Source: Candidatus Eiseniibacteriota bacterium (lineage in GTDB: Bacteria > Eisenbacteria > RBG-16-71-46 > JABDJR01). From it: a DNA stretch of 64,000 nt. The translations under genes were made by a program, and so were the position numbers. Position 1 is the first letter of the stretch; every line of letters starts with the position of its first letter. Positions 37,294-44,482 of the stretch are shown here, piece by piece. The notes under the pieces are model-generated. The model ran no database searches. It was not told the DNA's origin and was given only the letters and a program-made list of their open reading frames with translations. Where the stretch lies: assembly GCA_963728475.1 (NCBI GenBank), contig CAVSKL010000004.1, positions 529,103 through 593,102 on the forward strand, in the 5' to 3' direction.

Positions 37294-38168
37294 AGGACCC
37301 GGGCACGGTGCGGACGGCCACCCAACCCGACGCGGTCCGCGGGCAGGCGCGCGCCTGGCGCGCGGCGGGCGAGCGCATCGCCTTCGTTCCCACCATGGGC
37401 GCGCTCCATCGCGGACACCTGAGCTTGGTCCGCCGGGGGCGCCGGCTGGCGCCGCGGGTGGTGGCCAGCATCTTCGTGAACCCCACCCAGTTCGGCCCCG
37501 GCGAGGATTTCGAACGCTATCCCCGCGACCTCGATCGCGACCTGAAGCTTTTGGGGGCGGAGGGGGTGGACCTGGTGTTCACCCCGCGGGCGGACCGCAT
37601 GTACCGCCCCGGCCGGCGGACGGCGATCCAGGTCGCCGGGCTGGAAGCGGTGCTGGAGGGGGCGGCCCGCCCCGGGCACTTCGCGGGGGTGGCGCTGGTG
37701 GTGCTGAAGCTTCTTCACGTGGTGGAGCCGGACGTGATGGTGCTGGGGCAGAAGGACGCGCAGCAGGCGGTGATCCTGGAACGGATGATCGCGGACCTGG
37801 ACGTCCCGGTGCGGGTGGTGCGGGCGCCGATCGTACGGGAACGGGACGGGCTCGCGCTCTCCAGCCGCAACGTCTATCTTTCGGCGGAGGAGCGGGACGC
37901 GGCGCGGGTGCTCTCCCGGGCGCTGGGGGCGGCGCGCGAGGCGATCGCGGGAGGCGAGCGCTCCGGGGCCAGGATCCGCGCCGCGATGCGGCGGGCCTTC
38001 GCCGGCGAGCCCCGGGCCCGGCTGGACTACGCCGAGGTGGTGGACGCCCGCACCCTGGAACCGGTGAAGCGGCTCCAGGGACGGGTGCTGTTGCCGGTGG
38101 CGGCCTGGCTGGGCCGGACCCGGCTCATCGACAACCTGGAATTCACGGTGAACGAGGAGCGCACATGA
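37290..38168 (+). CDS. panC: pantoate--beta-alanine ligase
   Basis: The GTG at 37290 overlaps the panB stop. Motifs VPTMGALHRGHLSL, SIFVNPTQFGP and GQKDAQQ. Confidence 0.9.
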   Translation: MKDPGTVRTATQPDAVRGQARAWRAAGERIAFVPTMGALHRGHLSLVRRGRRLAPRVVASIFVNPTQFGPGEDFERYPRDLDRDLKLLGAEGVDLVFTPRADRMYRPGRRTAIQVAGLEAVLEGAARPGHFAGVALVVLKLLHVVEPDVMVLGQKDAQQAVILERMIADLDVPVRVVRAPIVRERDGLALSSRNVYLSAEERDAARVLSRALGAAREAIAGGERSGARIRAAMRRAFAGEPRARLDYAEVVDARTLEPVKRLQGRVLLPVAAWLGRTRLIDNLEFTVNEERT

Positions 38169-38920
38169 CCCCCCCGCGCAAGACCGCCGCGGTGATCCTG
38201 GCCGCGGGCAAGGGCACCCGCATGAAGTCGGACCTGGCCAAGGTCCTGTTTCCCCTGGTGGGCGGACGCCCCCTCATCCACTACGTGGTGGACGCGGTGG
38301 AGGCGGCGGGGTTCCATCGGACGGTGGTGGTGGTGGGCCACCAGCACGAGCGGGTGCGCGAGACCCTGGCCGGGCGGAAGGTGGAGTTCGCGCTCCAGTC
38401 CGAGCAGCTGGGAACCGGGCACGCGGTGAGCTGCGCGGCGCCGCTCCTGGAGGGGTTCGAGGGCGACCTCGCGGTGCTGGCCGGCGACGCGCCCCTCATC
38501 CGGGGGGCCACCCTCCGGGGCCTCGCGACCCGGCACGCGGAGGCGGGGGCCACCGTGACCGTGCTCACCGCCCGCGTCCCCGATCCCGCCGGTTACGGCC
38601 GCATCCTGCGCGGGCCCGACCTCCGCGTGGCCCGGATCGTGGAGGACAAGGACTGCACCCCCGCCGAGCGCGCCATCGACGAGATCAACTCCAGCATCTA
38701 CGCCTTCCGGTACCCGTTCCTGGCCCGGGCGCTCCCCGCCATCGGCAACCACAACCGGCAGGGGGAGTACTACCTCACCGACACGGTGGGGATGGCGTTC
38801 AGGGAAGGGCTCCCGGTGGAGGGGATGGTGGTGCCGGACCACCGGGAGGTCGCGGGCATCAACACCGTGGACCAGCTCGAGGAAGCCCGGCGGATCATGG
38901 AGGAACGCGGCGGTGAGTGA
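38165..38920 (+). CDS. sugar-1-phosphate nucleotidyltransferase (GlmU N-terminal-domain-like, no LbH acetyltransferase domain)
   Basis: The ATG overlaps the panC stop. Motif AAVILAAGKGTRMKS. At 251 aa it is too short to contain the hexapeptide-repeat domain. Confidence 0.75.
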   Translation: MTPPRKTAAVILAAGKGTRMKSDLAKVLFPLVGGRPLIHYVVDAVEAAGFHRTVVVVGHQHERVRETLAGRKVEFALQSEQLGTGHAVSCAAPLLEGFEGDLAVLAGDAPLIRGATLRGLATRHAEAGATVTVLTARVPDPAGYGRILRGPDLRVARIVEDKDCTPAERAIDEINSSIYAFRYPFLARALPAIGNHNRQGEYYLTDTVGMAFREGLPVEGMVVPDHREVAGINTVDQLEEARRIMEERGGE

Positions 38921-39464
38921 ACGACTCTGGGCGGGATGGCGCATGGCCTACATCAGCGAGTCGGACCGGACGGCGCGGGGGTCCTCCGGGCCCGGCCCGT
39001 GCCTCTTCTGCGGGCTGGCCGGCCGGTCTCCCTCGGCGGAGAATCTGGTGCTCGAGACCTACGGGCACGCGTTCCTCATGCTGAACGCCTTTCCCTACAC
39101 CACCGGGCACGCCATGGTGGCGATGAACGCGCACCAGGACTCCCTCCTGGCCGGGAGCGCGGAAGAGCGGGCCGAGGTGATGGCGGCCCTGGAGCGCGTT
39201 CGCCGGGCGCTCACCGCCGAGTACCATCCCGAGGGATTCAACGTGGGGGTGAACCTGGGCCGCTCGGCGGGGGCGGGGGTGCCCGGGCACCTCCACTGGC
39301 ACCTGGTGCCCCGCTGGCAGGGGGATACGAACTTCATGCCGGCGGTGATGGACACGCGGGTCATCCCCGAGGCCCTGTCGGCCACCTACGGCAGGCTGGT
39401 CCGCGCCCTGTCGCGGGAAGCGGCGGAGGGGTTGGAGGTCAAGGAGCGCGGCGGTGAGCCGTAG
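38913..39464 (+). CDS. HIT-family nucleotide hydrolase/phosphorylase (Ap4A phosphorylase-like)
   Basis: LWAGWRMAYI opening and the histidine triad VPGHLHWHLVPRW. The GTG overlaps the upstream gene by 8 nt. Confidence 0.75.
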   Translation: MSERLWAGWRMAYISESDRTARGSSGPGPCLFCGLAGRSPSAENLVLETYGHAFLMLNAFPYTTGHAMVAMNAHQDSLLAGSAEERAEVMAALERVRRALTAEYHPEGFNVGVNLGRSAGAGVPGHLHWHLVPRWQGDTNFMPAVMDTRVIPEALSATYGRLVRALSREAAEGLEVKERGGEP

Positions 39465-39876
39465 GCGCCGCCGGGCCAACCTGGCCACCCTCGTCCTGGT
39501 GCTCCTGGCGGGAGCCGCCCTGGGGGCGGTGGCGCTGAGCGTGGTGCTCCGCAGCCGGGAGCCGGGACCGGCCCGGGCCGGCGATCCCGATCTCCGGGTC
39601 GAGGTCCTGAACGGCTGCGGCATGGAGGGGGTGGCGGACCGGGTGGCGTCCATTCTCCGGAGCGGAGGCTACCGGGTGGAGAGCGTGGGCAACGCCGACC
39701 ACTTCCACTACCGGCAGGACATCGTGGTGGCCCGGACCGTGGACCGGAAACGCGCCGAGGCGCTGGCCCGGTGGCTGGACGGCCCCACGGTGGTGGTGGA
39801 ACAGCAGATCCCCGGTTACGGCTACGACGTGTCGGTGATCGTGGGGCGCCCGCACTCGCTGGTGCCGGAAGAATAG
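39454..39876 (+). CDS. membrane-anchored LytR_C domain protein
   Basis: N-terminal TM segment LATLVLVLLAGAALGAVALSVVL, then LRVEVLNGCGMEGVADRVASILRSGGY. Overlaps the HIT gene by 11 nt. Confidence 0.6.
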   Translation: MSRRRRRANLATLVLVLLAGAALGAVALSVVLRSREPGPARAGDPDLRVEVLNGCGMEGVADRVASILRSGGYRVESVGNADHFHYRQDIVVARTVDRKRAEALARWLDGPTVVVEQQIPGYGYDVSVIVGRPHSLVPEE

Positions 39877-39892
39877 CCCCGGCGGGGCCCGG

Positions 39893-41722
39893 TCAGGACC
39901 GGTAGTCGCGGATCTTGGCGCTCTTGCGCAGATCTTCGAGCCACGCGTTGAAGATCCGGCTCTGCTCCACCGCCAGGAGCGACTGGCGAAGCTGCTCCTT
40001 CTGCTTGTCGAACCCGGACCAGTCCACGTCGGGCCGGTCGTCCACCTTCATCACCACCCATCCCCGGGTGGCCTTGAGCGGATCGCTCACCTCGCCCACC
40101 GGTAGCCCGAACGCCGCGCCCACCACGTCGGGGTCGCGTCCCAGCCCGGGGACGCCCGAGCGCCGGGTGAAGTCGGGGGTGGTGACGGCGGAGAGGGAAT
40201 CCTCGGCGGCCGCGTCCTCCAGGCTCTTTCCCGCCTTGGCCGCCGCCGCGATCGCCTGGGCGCGGGCCTTGACCGCGTCCATGCTCTGCTGGTGGAGAAG
40301 GTCGTTCCGCACCCGGTCCTTGATTTCCTCGAGCGGCGGCACCCCCGCCGGGGTGTGCTCGCCGACCTCGACCAGGAACCAGGAGTTGTTGGTGGCCATG
40401 ACCCGGCTCAGGGTCCCCTTGGGGCTCTCGAACGCGAACTGGGTGACCTGGGGAATCGCGGCCAGCCCAGGCACGATCCCGGAGAGGGTCACGTCCTTGG
40501 CGACCATCACCTTGAGCCCGTGGGCCGCGGCGGCGGCGCCCAGTCCACCGTTGGCGGCCTCGTCGCGCACCGCGTCCAGCCGGTCGCGAACCTCGTTCAC
40601 GGTGCTGTCGGAGGGCGCGATCCGCATGGCGAGGTCGCGAATCTGGACCGAGGTCTCGCCCTTGTCCTTGTCCTCCTTGGCGTCCACCACCTGGACCAGG
40701 TGGAAGTAGCCGCCGTCCTTGTAGGGACCGCCGATCTCCCCCTTGCCCAGGCCCTGCACCGCCCGCTGCATGGGCTGGGACATCTCCTCGGGGGTGAGAT
40801 AGCCCGGGCTCAATCCGCCCTTGTCCGCGTTGGGCCCGTCGGAGAAGGACTCCACCAGGGTCTCGAAATCGCTGTGCTCGACGTCTTCGCGCCCGGCGGC
40901 CTTGGCCTCGGCGGCCAAGCGGGCCTCGGAGGCCAGCCCCCGGAGATCGGAGAGGAGGGCGGCGGAGTCGGCGGCGGTGGCCTGGCGGGGGAGGGTGACG
41001 TAGTCGAGGGTCACCCGCTCCGGCAGCCGGTAGTCGCTCTGGTGCTGGTCGTAGTAGCTCTTGAGCTCGGCGTCGGTGGGCCGGGCTCCGGCGGGAATGC
41101 GGCCGGCGTCCACCAGCACGTAGGTGACCTTCGCCTTCTGGTTCTGCTCCAGGTAGGTGCGGCGGAGCTCGTCGTCGGTGACCTTGGCCGCGGAGACGAT
41201 CAGGTTCTGGATCTTCTCCAGCGGCAGGTAGGAGCGGACCTCATCCTCGAGCCCGATGATCTGCTGGACCGGAACGTCGGGATTGGTGAGGATGGCCCGG
41301 TAGGTGGCCATGTCGAACTTGCCCTGCTTCTGGAACGCGGGAATCTGCTGGATGAAGGAGGGCGGATCGTAGAGGAGCGCGGCCCGGACCTCGCTGTCCT
41401 TGGGCAGGAGGTGGCGCTTCGCCGCCTCCTGCATGAGCAGCCGCCGCTGGACGATGTTGTTCCAGGCCTGCTCTTCGATCTGGAGTTCCTGGCTGGGGAG
41501 GACTTCCTGCCCCCCGCGCCGGGCTCCTTCGCGCAGGCTGGCCAGCTCCTGCTGGTATTCCTGGTTGGTGATGGTGGCGCCGTTCACCGTTCCCGCCTCG
41601 TTCGGCAGACGCTTGCCTCCGAACTGGAGGTCGGCGCCCCACACCAGGAAGATGAGGAGCACGAAGGAGGCGACGGTGATCCACAGGATCAACTTTGTCT
41701 TACGGCGCAGAAGCTCGAGCAT
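39893..41722 (-). CDS. PpiD/SurA-like periplasmic chaperone with parvulin PPIase domain
   Basis: ATG at 41722 (MLELLRRKTKLILWITVASFVLLIFLVWGA is an N-terminal anchor). Parvulin-like segment KGEIGGPYKDGGYFHLVQV. 609 aa. Confidence 0.75.
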   Translation of the reverse strand: MLELLRRKTKLILWITVASFVLLIFLVWGADLQFGGKRLPNEAGTVNGATITNQEYQQELASLREGARRGGQEVLPSQELQIEEQAWNNIVQRRLLMQEAAKRHLLPKDSEVRAALLYDPPSFIQQIPAFQKQGKFDMATYRAILTNPDVPVQQIIGLEDEVRSYLPLEKIQNLIVSAAKVTDDELRRTYLEQNQKAKVTYVLVDAGRIPAGARPTDAELKSYYDQHQSDYRLPERVTLDYVTLPRQATAADSAALLSDLRGLASEARLAAEAKAAGREDVEHSDFETLVESFSDGPNADKGGLSPGYLTPEEMSQPMQRAVQGLGKGEIGGPYKDGGYFHLVQVVDAKEDKDKGETSVQIRDLAMRIAPSDSTVNEVRDRLDAVRDEAANGGLGAAAAAHGLKVMVAKDVTLSGIVPGLAAIPQVTQFAFESPKGTLSRVMATNNSWFLVEVGEHTPAGVPPLEEIKDRVRNDLLHQQSMDAVKARAQAIAAAAKAGKSLEDAAAEDSLSAVTTPDFTRRSGVPGLGRDPDVVGAAFGLPVGEVSDPLKATRGWVVMKVDDRPDVDWSGFDKQKEQLRQSLLAVEQSRIFNAWLEDLRKSAKIRDYRS

Positions 41723-41952
41723 TGGACGGTCATCCCCCGGTCGGACGCGCTTGCGCAATCCGGGAACGAGACGTTATGGACGGGGCCTCGGGCGACCGCG
41801 CCGACGGCGGGCCGCCGGCGAGCCCCTCCCTGAATGGGACCGACAACGATATCAGAACGCCCCCCGCCCCAACAAGGGCATCAGGGGGGCTTGCGGGGGG
41901 GCCGGAACCCGGGGAAGATAGCGCTACTCCAAGAAAGGACGGACGTTAGCCC

Positions 41953-43224
41953 TTGACGCTCGAAGAGCTGGGACTGTCGCTGGGATTCGGCGTGCTCCTG
42001 ATCCTCTCCGGAACCTTCTCGGGGAGCGAGACCGCCTTCTTTTCCCTGGACCGCCTGCAACTGCGCCGGTTCGAGCGTTCCGCCTCCCGCCGGGAGCGGG
42101 CGGTGGCCGCGGTCGCCGCCCACCCCGAGCGGCTCCTGGCCGGTATCCTCTTCGGCAACACCCTGGTGAACGTGGCCGGGTCCAGCGTGATGCTGGCCCT
42201 GGCCCGCCGGCTCCACGGCCGTTTCTTCGACTGGGACCCGGTGGGGGTTTCGGTGGCGGCGGCGACCGCCTTCATCCTCATCCTGGGCGAGATCCTCCCC
42301 AAGGGCGTCGCCGTCCACTGGCCGGCCCGGGTCGCCCCCTCGGCGGTGGTGGCGCTCGACCCCCTGCTCCGGGTGGTGGCCCCCGCCGCCCGGATCCTGG
42401 AGCGGGCGGCTTTCGGCTTCCTCGGCGCCCTGGGGGTGCGCGAGGAGCCGGCGGGGACCGGGATCGGCCGGCGGGAACTCCAGGTCCTGTTCGAGGACAT
42501 CCAGGCCGGGAAGGAGGTCACCGAGGACGAGGGGGTGATCGCCGCCAACATCTTCGACTTCTTCGAGACGCGGGCCTACGAGATCATGACCCCCCGGGTG
42601 GACCTGGCCGGGATCGCGGTCGATCTGCCCGCCTCCGAGCTCCGGACCCGGGTGGCGGCGGCCCGCCACAGCCGGCTTCCGGTCTATCGCGACTCCTTCG
42701 ACCAGATCATCGGCTTCATCAACGCCAAGGACTGCCTGCTCGACCCCGATGTCCCCCTCGACGGGCTCCTCCGCCCGGTGCACTACGTCCCCGAGCGGGC
42801 CCGCCTGCACCGCATCCTGGCCGAGATCCAGTCCCGCCGCCTGAACCTGGTGGTGGTGGTCAACGAGTACGGGGGGACCGAGGGGATCATCACCAAGGAG
42901 GACCTGGCCGAAGCGGTGGTGGGAGAGATCTTCGACGAGCAGGAGCGCGACCAGGCTCCGCCCCTGGAGGCGGCCGGCCCGGGGGAATGGCGGGTGGACG
43001 GGCTGCTGCCCACCGACGACCTTGCCGAGGCGGTGGGGCGCGAGCTTCCCGAGGGCCCGGCGGAGACGGTGGCGGGACGGGTGGCGCACCTCCTCGGCCG
43101 GCCCCCGCGTCCCGGCGACGCCGTCGAGGACGCGGTGCTGAGCTACCGGGTGCTCACCGTGCGCCGCCACCGGGCGCACCGGCTCCAGGTGCGGCTTCGG
43201 CCGGAGCCGGAGGAGCGGGCGTGA
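41953..43224 (+). CDS. CNNM/DUF21-CBS-CorC_HlyC family transporter-associated protein
   Basis: TTG start. DUF21 membrane domain (FSGSETAFFSL), a CBS pair (MTPRVDLAGI..., VVVNEYGGTEGIITKEDL) and a CorC C-terminal domain. Confidence 0.8.
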   Translation: MTLEELGLSLGFGVLLILSGTFSGSETAFFSLDRLQLRRFERSASRRERAVAAVAAHPERLLAGILFGNTLVNVAGSSVMLALARRLHGRFFDWDPVGVSVAAATAFILILGEILPKGVAVHWPARVAPSAVVALDPLLRVVAPAARILERAAFGFLGALGVREEPAGTGIGRRELQVLFEDIQAGKEVTEDEGVIAANIFDFFETRAYEIMTPRVDLAGIAVDLPASELRTRVAAARHSRLPVYRDSFDQIIGFINAKDCLLDPDVPLDGLLRPVHYVPERARLHRILAEIQSRRLNLVVVVNEYGGTEGIITKEDLAEAVVGEIFDEQERDQAPPLEAAGPGEWRVDGLLPTDDLAEAVGRELPEGPAETVAGRVAHLLGRPPRPGDAVEDAVLSYRVLTVRRHRAHRLQVRLRPEPEERA

Positions 43225-43249
43225 GCGCGCGCGGCCCGGGGAGGCGGGC

Positions 43250-44482
43250 ATGCTGATCCCGGTCCTCCTGATCCTCACCGTCGCCGGTTCCGCGCTCTTC
43301 GCCGGGCTCGAGACCGGGGTGGTCTCGCTCAACCGCATCCGGCTCCGGGTGCGGGCGCGGCGCGGCGACCCCACCGCGGCGCGGCTCCTCCGGCTCCTCC
43401 AGCGGCCGGAGCGGGTGCTCTCCACCTTCCTGGTCGGCAACACCCTCTGCAACGTGGGCGGCGGCGCCCTGGCCAGCGCGTGGTTGGTCCGGGGGTTGGG
43501 GCTGGGAGAGGCGCTGGGCTCGGTGGCCGCCACGGTGGGGATGACCGCGGTGTTCCTGGTCTTTTCCGAACTCGGTCCCAAGGCCTATTTCCGGGTCCGG
43601 GCCGAGGAGGCGGTGCCGCGGCTCCTGTGGTTCATCCGCGGCACCACCTGGCTCTTCGCCCCCCTGGAGTGGGTCACCTCGGCCCTGCTCCGCCTGGTGA
43701 TCGGGCGCGGCGGCCGGAGCCCGTTCGTGACCCGGGAGGAGCTCCGCCAGATCGTGCGCGAATCGCGGGCGGTCCTGGGCAGCGGCGAGCAGCGGATGCT
43801 GGAGAGCATCTTCGACTTCGGCTTCACGGTGGCGCGGGAGGTCATGCTCCCCCTTCCCGACGTCGTCTCGCTCCCCGAGACCGCGGACGTGCGGGAACTC
43901 TTCGAACTGGTCCGGCGGCGCCACTACACCCGGATCCCCCTCTACCGGGACCGCGTGGACACCATCGTGGGGCTCGTCAACGTGTTCGACGTCCTCTACG
44001 ATTCGAAGGCGGAGGGCGCGGTCGGGCGATACCTCCGGCCGATTCATATCGTGCCCGAGACCTCGCGCATCCATCGGGTGATGGCGGACCTGCAGCGGCG
44101 GCGGGAGAGCATGGCCCTGGTCGTGAACGAGTTCGGGGCGGTGATCGGCATCGTCACCCTGGAGGACATCATCGAAGAGATCATGGGCGAGCTCGCCGAC
44201 GAGCACGAGGAACTCCGGCTCCCGGTCCAGAAGACCGCCGACGGCTGGGTGGTGGACGCCACCCTCGACGTGGACGACCTGAACGCCGAACTCGGGCTCT
44301 CGCTCACCAAGGACCGCTTCGACACCGTGGGCGGGCTCCTGCTCCGGCGCCTCGGGCGGATTCCCGGGGTGGGGGAGCGGTTGCGGGTGGGGGTGGTCGA
44401 GTTCGAGGTGCTCGCCGTTCATCCCTACGGTCTGAAGCGGGTGAAGATCCGGTTGCCCGAAGGAGGAAGCGGAACACGGTGA
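43250..44482 (+). CDS. CNNM/DUF21-CBS-CorC_HlyC family protein (tandem paralogue)
   Basis: Same architecture as the previous gene: FAGLETGVVSL, VMLPLPDVVSL, LVVNEFGAVIGIVTLEDI. Confidence 0.8.
   Translation: MLIPVLLILTVAGSALFAGLETGVVSLNRIRLRVRARRGDPTAARLLRLLQRPERVLSTFLVGNTLCNVGGGALASAWLVRGLGLGEALGSVAATVGMTAVFLVFSELGPKAYFRVRAEEAVPRLLWFIRGTTWLFAPLEWVTSALLRLVIGRGGRSPFVTREELRQIVRESRAVLGSGEQRMLESIFDFGFTVAREVMLPLPDVVSLPETADVRELFELVRRRHYTRIPLYRDRVDTIVGLVNVFDVLYDSKAEGAVGRYLRPIHIVPETSRIHRVMADLQRRRESMALVVNEFGAVIGIVTLEDIIEEIMGELADEHEELRLPVQKTADGWVVDATLDVDDLNAELGLSLTKDRFDTVGGLLLRRLGRIPGVGERLRVGVVEFEVLAVHPYGLKRVKIRLPEGGSGTR

Noticed and set aside
43480-44478. Upstream 333 codons of the 1308-aa track ORF 43480-47406
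   Set aside because: This part overlaps the well-supported second CNNM/CorC gene in another frame and is Arg/Gly-rich. The believable gene starts at GTG 44479, coupled to the CNNM stop, with a signal peptide.
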